From an uncultured Pseudomonadota bacterium (lineage in GTDB: Bacteria > Pseudomonadota > Alphaproteobacteria > UBA9219): a stretch of 64,000 nucleotides of DNA. Made by a program: the position numbers and the translations under genes. The stretch spans positions 40,044 to 104,043 of the forward strand of contig CAIJXG010000081.1 in NCBI GenBank assembly GCA_903824505.1, given 5' to 3'. This document shows positions 52,245-63,207 of the stretch, in pieces. Within the stretch, counting starts at the first letter, position 1. Every line of letters starts with the position of its first letter. The notes below the pieces were generated by a model. The model was not told the DNA's origin, made no database searches, and worked only from the letters and a program-made list of their open reading frames with translations.

Positions 52245-53420
52245 GTGGAACGACTCCCTAATCTTATTGGTCTTGATCTTGCCGAGCTGACCGCGATCCT
52301 AGAGGCGCAAGGCTTTGAGCGATTCCGCGCGACGCAGATTTGGTCGTGGCTTTATGTACGCGGGGCGCAAGATTTTGCTGAAATGACCTCTTTGTCCAAA
52401 CTGGCCCGCGCTAAGCTGGCGGATCATTTCACGCTTGAGCGTCCAACGATCACCACGCACCAAAAGTCCGAAGACGGGACTCAGAAATGGCTTTTAAAAA
52501 TGCCAGATGGGCAGGAAGTCGAAAGCGTCCATATTCCCGAGGAAGATCGCGGCGCTTTGTGCGTCTCAAGCCAAGTCGGCTGCACGCTGACCTGTCGGTT
52601 CTGCCATACAGGCACGCAGCGGTTGGTGCGCAATCTGAGCGCGGCCGAGATTGTGGGCCAAGTGCTGATCGCGCGGGATGCCCTGAAGGAATGGGCGCTG
52701 CCCGATGCCTCAGCCACGCCACGCCTTTTGACGAATATCGTGTTGATGGGCATGGGCGAGCCTTTGTATAATTACGACAATGTCGCGAAGGCCCTGCGGA
52801 TCATCATGCACAGTGACGGCATCGCGATTGGCAAACGGCGGATTACGCTCTCGACCTCGGGCGTTGTGCCGATGATCGAGCGATGCGGTTCCGAATTGGA
52901 TGTCAATTTAGCGATCAGCCTGCATGCCGTAACGGACGAATTGCGTGACCAGATCGTGCCGCTGAATCGCAAATACCCAATTGCCGAGCTTTTGAAGGCC
53001 TGTCGCACCTATCCGGGGGTTAGCAACACGCGGCGCATTACATTCGAATATATTATGCTGAAAGGCGTGAATGACAGTCCGGCCGATGCGCGGCAATTGG
53101 TGCGTTTGTTACGGGGGATTCCGGCGAAGATCAATCTGATCCCGTTCAACCCGTGGCCGGGCGCGGCCTTTGACTGTCCGGACTGGAGCGTGATCGAGAA
53201 TTTTGGCGATATTGTAAACGCCGCAGGCTATGCCAGCCCTATCCGCACACCGCGCGGCCGCGACATTATGGCCGCCTGTGGACAATTGAAATCCGCTAGT
53301 CTGAAACTCTCGGCCACCGAACGCGCCGAAATCGATCGGTTGATTGCGGAAAAAGACCAAGCGCAGGGGCTTGAGATATCCCCTATTTCTTCTCGGAAAA
53401 ATACAGGCTCAGGCGATTGA
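52245..53420 (+). CDS. rlmN: 23S rRNA / tRNA m2A methyltransferase RlmN (radical SAM)
   Basis: CxxxCxxC ([11 protein letters not shown]), the second conserved Cys region, and MGMGEPLYN. Confidence 0.85.
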   Translation: MERLPNLIGLDLAELTAILEAQGFERFRATQIWSWLYVRGAQDFAEMTSLSKLARAKLADHFTLERPTITTHQKSEDGTQKWLLKMPDGQEVESVHIPEEDRGALCVSSQVGCTLTCRFCHTGTQRLVRNLSAAEIVGQVLIARDALKEWALPDASATPRLLTNIVLMGMGEPLYNYDNVAKALRIIMHSDGIAIGKRRITLSTSGVVPMIERCGSELDVNLAISLHAVTDELRDQIVPLNRKYPIAELLKACRTYPGVSNTRRITFEYIMLKGVNDSPADARQLVRLLRGIPAKINLIPFNPWPGAAFDCPDWSVIENFGDIVNAAGYASPIRTPRGRDIMAACGQLKSASLKLSATERAEIDRLIAEKDQAQGLEISPISSRKNTGSGD

Positions 53421-53889
53421 CGATCTGTTCGCTCGCTTCATGGAGCGTATGATCATAGGCGCTTTCACGGGCAGCGACCGTTCCGTACATTTGATCCAGC
53501 CGATTGTAGCTGGCCACGCTGTGCGCCATGCCGGTCAGAATCTTTTTCCCCGCCTGATCTGTCAATGTGTAATCCACCGACAGATTGAGCATGGATCGGG
53601 TAGCGGTCGCGTTGGCCAGAAGACCGAGCACTTCTTCATTCGCGTGAATCTCTATCTTTAGATGATACAAAGGCAGCGCAGGTCTGTTTTTGCCATAGAT
53701 CCGGTCAATCAGGGCGTTGCGCAGAATCTGTCCGTTTCGCTCTGGAATCGTGTCGATGGAAATGGCGTTCAGTTCTACCGCGACAGGATCTTGATCGTCC
53801 CGTGCCCCATAGACGGAATGAAACCCGCAACCTGTTAAGAAAACACAGACGGCGAGAAGGCAGAAGGGTTTGAGATATTTCATAAACAT
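53383..53889 (-). CDS. Lipoprotein, LptE(RlpB)-like
   Basis: Lipobox [11 protein letters not shown] resembling the LptE N-terminus. About 168 aa. Assignment tentative. Confidence 0.4.
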   Translation of the reverse strand: MFMKYLKPFCLLAVCVFLTGCGFHSVYGARDDQDPVAVELNAISIDTIPERNGQILRNALIDRIYGKNRPALPLYHLKIEIHANEEVLGLLANATATRSMLNLSVDYTLTDQAGKKILTGMAHSVASYNRLDQMYGTVAARESAYDHTLHEASEQIVNRLSLYFSEKK

Positions 53890-53903
53890 TGAAGCTTCGG
53901 GGG

Positions 53904-54752
53904 CTAGGGCAACAATCGGGATAAATCGTCAAGGCCGCACGTTTCAAACACAGGTCTAAACCCATGCACAATACGTCTGTTTCCGTTTTCAAAGATAACC
54001 GTCAGGTGAAACCATGCTTGCGGCAAGGAGCCACTTGAGAATCTTGGCTCAACGGTAAAGGCCATGTTTTCTTCAATCCGCTGAGTCTCGACTCCATTGA
54101 CGAATTGCCTTCCGTAACGAAGCGTATGTGTGATTTCCGCAAAGTTTTTTGCTCTCGCAAGCGCCTCATGGGCTGTATCGCCTGCCCAAGACAGGGGAAT
54201 GCTGTGGCCTATATTTGTCGCGGTTGGATCGCTGGGGCTTGCAATATCGTTTCGCAGCCCTTGGCTGGCCCCATACTCTATGCCGAATTGATAGAGTTCG
54301 TTGAAGCCCATGCCCACTCTGGCATTTTGGGCGATATGCAAGCTGGTTTGCAAGACATTCACGCAATGGGCGCGAATATCTTGAGATGGTCCTGCATAGA
54401 GAGTCAACCCAAAATCACCAATCAGGTTTGTTGCTTTGTGAACCGGAGAGGCATAAGCGGCCAGAATATCCTCTGAATCATAGATCAAATCCTGACGGGG
54501 CCACATAGGTTCAGGACGAAAAGAGGATTCGCATATCCTTTTATAACGATCTGCTTTTTTGCCAAAGAGTGTCACCATGCCGTGAGGGGGTGGCGTGTAC
54601 CACCCGTCTTCATAAAGATCGGGAGAGCCGCGCAAAGCACCGAGCCACGCCTCGGCCAGATCACATTCAGAAACAGGGCGCGGCCAAGCTCCCAGCGCTT
54701 TTGCAAAGGCCGTGCCTGTTTGATTCTTGATTTTTTCAACAAGCTTTAACAT
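53904..54752 (-). CDS. Hypothetical protein, possibly a degenerate creatinase/M24 pita-bread fold
   Basis: 282-aa ORF. Segments IGHSIPLSW and AFTVEPRF loosely resemble M24 metal-ligand regions. Weak. Confidence 0.3.
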   Translation of the reverse strand: MLKLVEKIKNQTGTAFAKALGAWPRPVSECDLAEAWLGALRGSPDLYEDGWYTPPPHGMVTLFGKKADRYKRICESSFRPEPMWPRQDLIYDSEDILAAYASPVHKATNLIGDFGLTLYAGPSQDIRAHCVNVLQTSLHIAQNARVGMGFNELYQFGIEYGASQGLRNDIASPSDPTATNIGHSIPLSWAGDTAHEALARAKNFAEITHTLRYGRQFVNGVETQRIEENMAFTVEPRFSSGSLPQAWFHLTVIFENGNRRIVHGFRPVFETCGLDDLSRLLP

Positions 54753-54813
54753 GCTTATCCGCCTCTTTGATCTTTTAACATTTCCTCTGGGCTTTTCGTT
54801 CTTGAACTAAATT

Positions 54814-54970
54814 ACCCTCCTTTCGTCTAAAGCCAATAAGATTCTTCGCCCCCGATATCCCTTAGAAAGCAGGCTCTAACCCTTTGACGTTTTACGGATG
54901 ACCCATGCCGCTGCCAATCCTTATGCCTGCTCTTTCGCCCACCATGACGGAAGGAAATCTTGCTAAATGG
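54814..54970 (+). repeat. Displaced imperfect copy of the pdhC leader plus first 23 codons (direct repeat 1 of the 0.8-kb insertion)
   Basis: About 93% identical to 55777-55938. Reads [22 protein letters not shown], then diverges into a stop. Confidence 0.8.
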
Positions 54971-55776
54971 CCAGCCTTGAAACTTTACGAGTCTTAAGGG
55001 GTTCAAATAAAAACAGACAGCGGCGGAATTTCTGAAAGACATGAAAAAAACCAAAGGGCGGACAGACACCCAACACCGTGGCAGGGGCATTCGACTGTTC
55101 TTCCGTTGTAGTGCGAGACGTTACAGGTTGACCTTTTTGCTCGACAACACGCGCTCTGCGGGGCACAAAAGGCTAACTTATGGCGTGGTGTGGTATACAG
55201 CGCTGGATTCTGTGTTTTCAGAATTTTGGGATGAAAATAAAAAAACAGATAGAAAGAACCAAATTTTGTGTTACAGTAAGGCTTGTCTGGATAGTAAGAC
55301 ATGCCCACGGATGGGGGAAGCCGTCCAAAAGCGAGAGGATATCTGTGATGACAACCCAAACACAAACACAAACCGCGCCCATTTTTGTCTTGAGTGTCAA
55401 CCGGGGGTCACTTTGGCGTTAAAGATGGGTCGCCTTTTGCAATTAAGTATGATTTGAATGAGTTAGCGGCTTTTAGAGCATCTGCTGGTATAATCCTCAA
55501 AGTTTCCGGTTCTCAATCAGGCTTCTCTTGCTGCCAACGACCTCAAAAGTTAGCTTCTCAGAAATTTTACGCGGCTGAGATTGATGCCCCTGGGTCTCCC
55601 TTGAACGGTCAAATATTGGTTAACCCGTTCGGAGAAGTCTCTTGCAGCGTAATAAAGGTGGTCGATTTGAATCTTTACAAAAGGGGGGACGAAGAAACTC
55701 CTCGACCTGTTTTGCTGTCCGAGCTCCCGAAAATCCAGCTCACTTTTACATGAAAGGGATGCGCTATGACCAAATC
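54971..55776. mobile_element. A/T-richer insertion of about 0.8 kb between the two pdhC-5' direct repeats (integrated-element remnant?)
   Basis: Visibly lower GC than the flanks. Bounded by the roughly 157-bp imperfect direct repeats. Contains only low-complexity ORFs of 138 and 119 aa, and no integrase or transposase motif. Confidence 0.45.
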
Positions 55777-55872
55777 ACCCTCCTTTCGTCTAAAGCCAAT
55801 AAGATTCTTTTCATCGCCCTCGATATCCCTTAGAAAGCAGGCTCTAACCTTTTGACGTTTTATGGATGCCCC

Positions 55873-57126
55873 ATGCCGCTGCCAATCCTTATGCCTGCTC
55901 TTTCGCCCACTATGACGGAAGGAAATCTTGCTAAATGGCACAAGAAAGAAGGGGATTTTGTGAAGCCCGGCCAAGTCATTGCCGAAATTGAAACCGACAA
56001 AGCGACGATGGAAGTCGAAGCGGTGGAGGAAGGCAGGATCATCAAAATTTTGATCCCTGCCAACACGCAAGGAGTCAAGGTCAACACGCCCATCGCCCTT
56101 TTAGCAGAGGAGGGAGAGGTGGTCGATGCCGCCGCTCTCGCTGCGATGATTTCTGTTCCTTCCGCGCCTTTAACCCTTACCGCGCCTGTGGCAGCGCCTG
56201 CGGCCCAACAGGCTGTTTCGGCATCTTCTGTGGCTCCCGCTTCAGGGGGCCGGATTTTGGCAAGTCCGCTGGCCAAGCGTTTGGCGGAACAAAGGGGGCT
56301 GAGTCTGCGTGCCATTCGCGGCACAGGCCCCTATGGCCGCATTGTCAAAGCCGATGTTTTGGGCGCCCCTGCGACAAGTTCGGCACCTTCTGCGCCCCCC
56401 CAAACGGGCGGTTTGGACGTTCAAGATTACGCGACCAAACTTGGCATGGGTTATGTGCTTCAACCCAACAGCAGCGTGCGCAAAGTCATCGCCAAGCGGC
56501 TGACGGAATCTAAACAGAGGGTGCCGCATTTCTACCTATCGGTGGATGTGGAGCTGGATGCTTTGTTAGAGGCACGCAAGCAGATCAACGAGCTGAAAGG
56601 CACGAAAATCTCGGTGAATGATTTTGTCATCCGCGCGACGGCTTTGGCGCTGAAGAAAATTCCCGCCGCCAATGTTTCTTGGACAGACAGCGCGATTTTG
56701 CTTTACACGGATGTCGATGTTTCGGTCGCGGTCGCCACCCCGGGCGGGCTGATCACGCCGATCATCAAGAAAGCCGACACCAAGTCTTTAGAGCAAATCT
56801 CGGCCGAGATGAAAGACCTTGCCGCGCGCGCCCGCGAGGGCAAATTGCGGCCCGAGGAGTTTCAGGGCGGCGGCTTCTCGATCTCGAATCTCGGTATGTT
56901 CGGGGTCAAGAGCTTTTCGGCTATCATCAACCCGCCTCAAAGCTGTATTCTGGCCGTCGGCGCGGGCGAGCAACGCGCGGTCGTGAAAGACGGCAAACTG
57001 GCGATTGCGACCGTGATGACCTGCACGTTGTCGGTCGATCATCGTGCAGTGGATGGCGCTGTTGGGGCGGAATTTCTCGCGGCCTTCAAGCCGTTGATCG
57101 AAAAGCCCTATGCGCTTTTTGTCTAA
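55873..57126 (+). CDS. pdhC: Pyruvate dehydrogenase complex dihydrolipoamide acetyltransferase (E2)
   Basis: N-terminus [22 protein letters not shown] typical of alphaproteobacterial PDH E2. Lipoyl-Lys ([12 protein letters not shown]), E3-binding domain, and catalytic DHRAVDGA. Confidence 0.8.
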   Translation: MPLPILMPALSPTMTEGNLAKWHKKEGDFVKPGQVIAEIETDKATMEVEAVEEGRIIKILIPANTQGVKVNTPIALLAEEGEVVDAAALAAMISVPSAPLTLTAPVAAPAAQQAVSASSVAPASGGRILASPLAKRLAEQRGLSLRAIRGTGPYGRIVKADVLGAPATSSAPSAPPQTGGLDVQDYATKLGMGYVLQPNSSVRKVIAKRLTESKQRVPHFYLSVDVELDALLEARKQINELKGTKISVNDFVIRATALALKKIPAANVSWTDSAILLYTDVDVSVAVATPGGLITPIIKKADTKSLEQISAEMKDLAARAREGKLRPEEFQGGGFSISNLGMFGVKSFSAIINPPQSCILAVGAGEQRAVVKDGKLAIATVMTCTLSVDHRAVDGAVGAEFLAAFKPLIEKPYALFV

Positions 57127-58947
57127 TCACTCCACCGTCACGCTTTTGGCTAGATTGCGCGGCTGGTCGACATCCGTGCCTTTGGCAACGGCCGTGTAGT
57201 AGGCCAAAAGCTGAATGGGAAGGGCGTAGAGGATCGGCAAGACGGCAGGGTCTGCCTCTGGAACCGTCAGAGCGCGGAAACATTTTGTGCCGATATGGGC
57301 AAGCCCTTTTTTATCCGAGATCAGGATCACCTTCCCGCCTCGCGCCGCAACTTCTTGAATGTTGGAGGCCGTTTTGTCATAAAGCGCATCGCTGGGGGCA
57401 AGAAAAACGGCAGGCGTGCTTTCGTCGATCAAAGCGATGGGGCCGTGTTTCAGCTCTCCCGCCGCATAGCCTTCCGCATGGATGTAAGAGATTTCCTTGA
57501 GTTTGATTGCGCCCTCAAGCGCAATCGGATAAAGAAGCCCGCGCCCCATATAAAAGACATCCCGCGCCTCTGCCATATAATGGGCGAGTTCTTGAACATG
57601 GTGTTCATCACGCAGAATCGTGTTCATATGGGCGGGGACTTCGCGCAGCGCATTCAGAATTTCCTGCGCGCGCTTGGGAGGCAAAACCTTTCGCGCAAGG
57701 CCTATGCTGACCGCCAGACACAGTAAAACGGTCAGTTGCGTTGTAAAAGCCTTGGTTGAGGCGACGCTCACTTCAGGCCCCGCTAGCGTCGGAAGAACGA
57801 CATCCGCAAGGCGCGCCATGGCGCTTTGCGGCACATTCACAATTGAGAGAATTTTTTGCCCTTGCGCCTTGGCGTAGTGCAGGGCGGCAAGCGTGTCTGC
57901 CGTCTCACCCGATTGCGAGACCGCAATCGTCACGCCGCCTTCGGGCATCGGCGCTTCGCGGTAACGGAACTCCGAACCGATATCAACTTCAGTAGGCATG
58001 CGCGCGATTTGCTCAAACCAATATTTAGCGGCAAGACAAGCATAGGAAGCCGTGCCGCACGCCACAAGTGTCACCCGTGGCACAGTTTTCCAGTCAAAAG
58101 GCATTTCGGGCAGAATGAGCTTTCCGTCGGGCGTTGCCAAAGAAGACAGGGTGTCGCCAACGACCGCGGGCTGCTCAAAAATCTCTTTCAACATAAAATG
58201 GCGATATTGGCCTTTGCCGATCATCGCGCCGGTCAGGGGCACAATATGAATCTTCCGCGCTACAACTGCGCCTTCGGAATCATGAATAACGATCCGATCC
58301 GCGTAAAGCTCTGCCCAATCGCCTTCTTCCAGATACGTGATGCGGTTGGTCAAAGGCGCGAGCGCCAGCGCATCTGATCCCAGATAAGATTCCCCGTCCC
58401 CATAGCCAAGTGCCAGAGGGCTGCCGCGTCGCGCGCCAATCAGGAGATCCTCATGCCCCGCGAAGAGCACGCCTATCGCAAACGCGCCCTCCAGCCTTTT
58501 CAGTGCGTCCTGCATCGCTTGTTGTGGGGCCATCCCTTCACGTAATAGCGCGCTGAGTAAATGGGCAATTGTTTCCGTATCTGTTTCAGACGCAAAGACG
58601 CAGCCTTTGGCCTCCAGCTCGTTCCTTAGGGCGCGGTAATTCTCGATAATGCCGTTATGCACAACAGCCACGCGATCGGTCACATGCGGATGCGCGTTGG
58701 CCTCCGTCGGGTTGCCGTGGGTAGCCCAGCGCGTATGGCCGATGCCGACATGCCCTCCCAAGGGCTGCTCAAAGAGACGGTGTGCAAGGTGATCCAACTT
58801 ACCCTCCGCCCGACGCGTTTTGATCGCGCCGGCAACCAGAGTCGCAATCCCCGCGCTGTCATAGCCGCGATATTCCAGCCGCCGCAACCCGTCCAAAAGA
58901 AGCGGCGCGACATCGCGTGCCCCGATCATGCCTACAATGCCGCACAT
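57127..58947 (-). CDS. glmS: Glutamine--fructose-6-phosphate aminotransferase
   Basis: MCGIVGMIG N-terminal nucleophile, two SIS domains, and the C-terminal ...KSVTVE. Confidence 0.92.
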   Translation of the reverse strand: MCGIVGMIGARDVAPLLLDGLRRLEYRGYDSAGIATLVAGAIKTRRAEGKLDHLAHRLFEQPLGGHVGIGHTRWATHGNPTEANAHPHVTDRVAVVHNGIIENYRALRNELEAKGCVFASETDTETIAHLLSALLREGMAPQQAMQDALKRLEGAFAIGVLFAGHEDLLIGARRGSPLALGYGDGESYLGSDALALAPLTNRITYLEEGDWAELYADRIVIHDSEGAVVARKIHIVPLTGAMIGKGQYRHFMLKEIFEQPAVVGDTLSSLATPDGKLILPEMPFDWKTVPRVTLVACGTASYACLAAKYWFEQIARMPTEVDIGSEFRYREAPMPEGGVTIAVSQSGETADTLAALHYAKAQGQKILSIVNVPQSAMARLADVVLPTLAGPEVSVASTKAFTTQLTVLLCLAVSIGLARKVLPPKRAQEILNALREVPAHMNTILRDEHHVQELAHYMAEARDVFYMGRGLLYPIALEGAIKLKEISYIHAEGYAAGELKHGPIALIDESTPAVFLAPSDALYDKTASNIQEVAARGGKVILISDKKGLAHIGTKCFRALTVPEADPAVLPILYALPIQLLAYYTAVAKGTDVDQPRNLAKSVTVE

Positions 58948-59129
58948 GGAAAACTCCGGAAATGAGGAAGAGAGGCCCAATGCATACAAAGCAATGGAAA
59001 GGGCGGAAAGACAAATTTGGCGACCGAATGTTACAGGGGGGGCAAGAGAGAATTTTGCTTGAGTGACAGCCGTTCTAAAAGTATAGGAAAAGAGAGCTGC
59101 CGTAGGGAAAGAGCAGTGGGATCTCTATC

Positions 59130-59237
59130 TATACTCGGGCCCCGACCTTTTTGTCCGCGCAAAAGGCGCATCAGCTTCGCTGCGTCCGTGTTTTGCACGG
59201 AACCACATCCTTCAGCTTTCCAAGGAAACCGAGTATA
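59130..59237 (+). repeat. Miniature TIR element, copy 3 of 3 (shorter variant), ending 11 bp before the GTG start of the downstream secreted protein
   Basis: tatactcgggccccgaccttt...ccaaggaaaccgagtata. Shares the core and termini with copies at 20964 and 38283, but lacks an internal segment of about 14 bp. Confidence 0.75.
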
Positions 59238-59248
59238 CATATGCCTTT

Positions 59249-60727
59249 GTGAGGTTTCTCGTGCGGCTTCTTTGGGTATCTCTGTTCCTTCTTTTAGGGC
59301 TTTCTGGATACGCTCAAGCCGCAGCGCCCCCCTGCCTTGCCTATGATCCGATCAACAGAAATACGCTTTTCTCGTCCTCGCACCGCGTTTACGCGCATTA
59401 TTTCAGCCGCTTCCCCTTGTCGTTGGATAATCAACCTACGGCTCAGGATTATTACGCGCAGCAATATCTAACAGCCTCTGGTGAGGGAGGAAAATGGCTA
59501 ACACGCGGCGGTTTTTTACGCAGCCGTCCTCTGCCTGTCGCGCCTCAACCTTCCAACACCTATGTTTTAGAAAATATGAAACATGAGGTTCTTCTGGCTC
59601 TCTCGCGGGGGGTGAACGGATTCGCCTTTGATATTTTGACGTTGGATGATGCAGGGAGTGGCGGTTATTTAAAAAATATGGAACAGGCCGTGCAGGCGGT
59701 CGAGCCTCGTTTTCACCTTTTGCTGATGCCAGATATGGATGCGCTGCAAGGCGATACGGACAAAGTCCGTCAGCTTGTCGAAAGCGTGTATGCCGATCCC
59801 TCCCTTGACCGCGCGCCCAACGGTTCTTTAATGGTTGCGCCTTTTTTGGCCGAATCCGTGTCGCCTGAGGCGTGGCAGACCCTGCAAAAAACGCTGGCCT
59901 CCGAAGGCAAACCGATCACCTTTTTGCCCACTTTTCTTAGTCTCTCTTCCTCTTCCGTTGCGGCTTATGCGCCGCAGAGCTTCGGGCTGGGGCTGTTCGG
60001 CACGCCGGATGTCAATCAGGATAAAACGCTGACCCAAGATAGCGCCGCCGTGCATAGGACAGGCAAACTTTTCATGGCGGGCCTCGCGCCCCAAGGGTAT
60101 CGCCCTAAGGAAACGCGTTACTGGGAGTCCCTCGGCAGCCTTGCCTATAGAAACGCATGGCAGGGCGCGATAGGGGGGCAAGCCGAATGGGTTCAGCTCA
60201 CAACATGGAATGATTTCAGCGAAAGCACGCAAATTATCCCCTATATGGATGGGAACGGCGCTCTTGGTTCGGCGTTTTTTGACCTGACGGGCTATTACGC
60301 GACGTGGTTTTTGACAGGACATGCGCCCCCCATTACCCGCGATGTCCTGACCTTTTTCTATCGAAAAGAGCCTGTAGCGGCCGCGGCCCCTGCGGAAGCC
60401 TATGCGTTAACTCTATCCGGCTCATCCCCCGGCGCGGATGCGATCGAGCTTGTCGGTTTTCTGACAGCGCCCGGCACGTTAAAGATTACGGCGGGGGGAC
60501 AAACCTATGCTTTCGATGTTGCGGCAGGCCTGCAGTCCGTGCACGTGCCTCTAGTGCCCGGAACCCCTCGTTTTTCTCTCGAAAGAAACCACAAAGAAAT
60601 CATAGGATTTGTGGGTAGCGTTCGCGCAATGGACATTAAGGGGTTGCCTGACGGACGCCGCGACCTGACCTATTGGAGTGGCCGTGCGAATGTAAACGGC
60701 GTGTGCGCGTTGACGGATGGGATGTAA
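59249..60727 (+). CDS. Secreted protein, putative glycoside hydrolase (GH71/alpha-1,3-glucanase-like TIM barrel; tentative)
   Basis: GTG start. Signal peptide LLWVSLFLLLGLSGYAQA. Segment ...WVQLTTWNDFSESTQIIPY resembles the GH71-type W-NDY/F-E motif. 492 aa. Confidence 0.4.
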   Translation: MRFLVRLLWVSLFLLLGLSGYAQAAAPPCLAYDPINRNTLFSSSHRVYAHYFSRFPLSLDNQPTAQDYYAQQYLTASGEGGKWLTRGGFLRSRPLPVAPQPSNTYVLENMKHEVLLALSRGVNGFAFDILTLDDAGSGGYLKNMEQAVQAVEPRFHLLLMPDMDALQGDTDKVRQLVESVYADPSLDRAPNGSLMVAPFLAESVSPEAWQTLQKTLASEGKPITFLPTFLSLSSSSVAAYAPQSFGLGLFGTPDVNQDKTLTQDSAAVHRTGKLFMAGLAPQGYRPKETRYWESLGSLAYRNAWQGAIGGQAEWVQLTTWNDFSESTQIIPYMDGNGALGSAFFDLTGYYATWFLTGHAPPITRDVLTFFYRKEPVAAAAPAEAYALTLSGSSPGADAIELVGFLTAPGTLKITAGGQTYAFDVAAGLQSVHVPLVPGTPRFSLERNHKEIIGFVGSVRAMDIKGLPDGRRDLTYWSGRANVNGVCALTDGM

Positions 60728-60736
60728 TACCGACGG

Positions 60737-60772
60737 CCTTAAGAAAAGACCCGTGAGGGTCGTTTCTTAACA
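60737..60772. repeat. Nested-palindrome intergenic element, copy B, just after the stop of the secreted hydrolase-like gene
   Basis: ccttaagaaaagacccgtgagggtcgtttcttaac. The reverse complement matches 41818-41852. The inner palindrome is GACCC GTGA GGGTC. Confidence 0.55.
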
Positions 60773-60872
60773 CGCCCGTCTTCTGACATCTTCTGAATCC
60801 TGATTGACACGCTTAGGAAAACTTGGTCTTGTCTGGGCTCCTTTCCTTTTCGTTTTCCCTTCCGGAGTTCCT

Positions 60873-61652
60873 ATGCGCCCTGCCGCTTTTCTTGTTTCGG
60901 CTGCTTTTCTATCCGTAGCCGCTCTTGCGCCTGCCTTCGCGCAAGACCCCGTCCCGGCGGCACCTGTTTTTACGGACGCTCAACGCACGGAAATCGAATC
61001 CATTATCAAAGACTATATCGGCACCAAGCATCCCGAATTGATCGCGGAGGCCGCTCAAAAACTTCAAACGCGTGACCAAGAAGCCTCGGAAACGAAGTTG
61101 AAAGAAGGCGTCAAGAGCTTTAAGGAAAAGATTTTCAACGATCCCAATACGCCCGTTGGTGGAAACCCTAAAGGGGATGTGACGATTGTCGAGTTTTTCG
61201 ATTACCAGTGCGGCTATTGCAAATTGTCCGAAGAAGGGATCGAGAAAGTGATGAAAGAGGACAAGCATATCCGCTTCATCTACAAGAATTTTCCCGTTCT
61301 CGGCCCTCTGTCGATCGAGGCCGCCAAAGCCTCGCAAGCGGCTATCAAGCAGGGAGTCAGCAAGTTTGAAGCCTTCCATATCGCCCTGATGAACAAGAAA
61401 GACCATCTGACCGTCAGCGAACCGATTTATGAAATCGCCAAGCAAGCAGGGCTGGATGTCGAGAAGCTGAAAAAAGATATGGAAGATCCTTCCATCAAAG
61501 CCACGCTGAACGACAACCTCAAGCTGGGGCAGGATATGGGCGTGCGCGGTACGCCTTTGTTTATCGTCGGCGAAAGCGTCTTCCCGGGCGCGATGCAATA
61601 TGATCAGCTCAAGAAGTCCGTGGATGCCGTGCGCGAGAAGGTTAAGAAATAG
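60873..61652 (+). CDS. Periplasmic DsbA-family thiol:disulfide oxidoreductase
   Basis: Signal peptide. Thioredoxin CxxC (FFDYQCGYCK). GGAG RBS. Confidence 0.72.
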   Translation: MRPAAFLVSAAFLSVAALAPAFAQDPVPAAPVFTDAQRTEIESIIKDYIGTKHPELIAEAAQKLQTRDQEASETKLKEGVKSFKEKIFNDPNTPVGGNPKGDVTIVEFFDYQCGYCKLSEEGIEKVMKEDKHIRFIYKNFPVLGPLSIEAAKASQAAIKQGVSKFEAFHIALMNKKDHLTVSEPIYEIAKQAGLDVEKLKKDMEDPSIKATLNDNLKLGQDMGVRGTPLFIVGESVFPGAMQYDQLKKSVDAVREKVKK

Positions 61653-61899
61653 GTCTGAATCCTAAAAAACTACGCGCCTTTCCCTTTTTTTGTAGAATGC
61701 GCGGTTGGGGCATAGCAGGAAGCATGGATGCGTGTGGGAAATCCTTGGCATACGGATAACAGTAAGAAGAAAAGGATAAATCTGGAATTCTTGAGGGGTA
61801 TAAAATTCCGTATCCTTCGATAGACTTGCCAGAGGATAGGGGTTTCTTGTAACGCGCCTTTCCTCTCATCCCTCTTGCTTTTTATCTCAGAGACAGCTT

Positions 61900-62550
61900 A
61901 TGCCCCGCATCGCCCCGTCCATCCTTTCCGCTGATTTTTCTAGACTGGGCGAGGAAGTGCGTGCGTTAGACGCAGCCGGTGCGGACTGGATTCATCTGGA
62001 TGTCATGGATGGGCATTTTGTGCCGAATTTAACCTTCGGGCCTCAGATGGTTGCCGCCTTGCGTCCCTATACAACGAAGCCCTTCGACGTTCATTTGATG
62101 ATCGCGCCAGTAGATGGATTTCTGGACGGGTTTGCGAAAGCCGGCGCGGATATTTTGACGCTTCATCCCGAAGCGGGGCCGCATCTGCACAGATCCCTGC
62201 AACAGATCAAGGCGCTAGGCAAAAAGGCGGGAGTCGCTCTTAACCCTGCAACGTCTTTGTCGGCGCTGGAGCCCATCTGGGGCGATATCGATCTTGTCCT
62301 TGTGATGACAGTCAATCCGGGCTTCGGCGGACAGGCTTTTATTGAGTCTCAGCTGGAGAAAATCCGCGCAATCCGACGGCAAATCGACACGCTGGGGAAA
62401 GAGATTGCGCTAGAGGTTGACGGCGGCATTACCCCATTGACTGCTCGTCAAGTCCTTGCCGCGGGGGCGGATACGCTTGTCGCGGGAACGGCGGTATTTC
62501 AGAATGGGGCTTCCGGATATGCGGCCACTATGGCGGCGCTGCGCGGATGA
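61900..62550 (+). CDS. rpe: Ribulose-phosphate 3-epimerase
   Basis: [17 protein letters not shown]...[17 protein letters not shown]...[15 protein letters not shown]. Confidence 0.92.
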   Translation: MPRIAPSILSADFSRLGEEVRALDAAGADWIHLDVMDGHFVPNLTFGPQMVAALRPYTTKPFDVHLMIAPVDGFLDGFAKAGADILTLHPEAGPHLHRSLQQIKALGKKAGVALNPATSLSALEPIWGDIDLVLVMTVNPGFGGQAFIESQLEKIRAIRRQIDTLGKEIALEVDGGITPLTARQVLAAGADTLVAGTAVFQNGASGYAATMAALRG

Positions 62551-62768
62551 CAGACAAACATTCAATCCGCATTGCGCGGCATAACACAAGCCTTTCCTTG
62601 GAAACGGAATTCTGGGAAAGATTAAAACACATCGCCTGCGCGGAAGGCGTTTCGCTGAAAGCGCTGGTCGAACGGATCGATGCCGAACGGACGGGCAATC
62701 TCTCGAGCGCGCTGCGGCTTTATGTGCTGCGCTGGCTGGAGAAAAAGGCAGGAGAAAAAGAAACATGA
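62547..62768 (+). CDS. Small ribbon-helix-helix-like DNA-binding protein
   Basis: 73 aa. Beta-strand [14 protein letters not shown] followed by two helices. ATGA overlaps with both rpe and rnhA. Confidence 0.4.
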   Translation: MTDKHSIRIARHNTSLSLETEFWERLKHIACAEGVSLKALVERIDAERTGNLSSALRLYVLRWLEKKAGEKET

Positions 62769-63205
62769 CGGACGCGCTTCCGGATATAGAAATTTTCACC
62801 GATGGCGCTTGTCAGGGCAATCCGGGTCCAGGCGGCTGGGGTGCTTTGCTGCGGATGAAGGATACTGAAAAGGAACTGTCCGGCGGCGAGCGTGCGACGA
62901 CCAACAATCGTATGGAGTTAATGGCCGCCATTCAAGGGCTGGAAGCTCTGAGCAAGCCGGCGCGTGTGCGGCTTTATACGGACAGCCAATATGTGCAAAA
63001 GGGGATCTCGGAATGGCTGCCCGGCTGGAAAAAGCGCGGCTGGAAAACGGCGGACAAAAGCCCCGTTAAAAATGTTGATCTCTGGCAAAGGCTCGATGCG
63101 GCACGTCAGCCGCACCATGTGACTTTTATTTGGGTGCGCGGCCATAACGGCCATCCGGAAAACGAACGGGTGGATCGCTTGGCCGTTGCCGCAATTCGGA
63201 GATAG
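62765..63205 (+). CDS. rnhA: Ribonuclease HI
   Basis: [22 protein letters not shown]...[17 protein letters not shown]...LYTDSQYV...[23 protein letters not shown]. Confidence 0.92.
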   Translation: MTDALPDIEIFTDGACQGNPGPGGWGALLRMKDTEKELSGGERATTNNRMELMAAIQGLEALSKPARVRLYTDSQYVQKGISEWLPGWKKRGWKTADKSPVKNVDLWQRLDAARQPHHVTFIWVRGHNGHPENERVDRLAVAAIRR

Positions 63206-63207
63206 GC

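Noticed and set aside
54971..55776. IS element or transposon as the explanation for the 0.8-kb insertion
   Set aside because: There is no transposase-like ORF and no short terminal inverted repeats at the insert ends. The flanking repeats are about 157 bp and imperfect, unlike target-site duplications. A site-specific integration remnant fits better, but it remains unproven.
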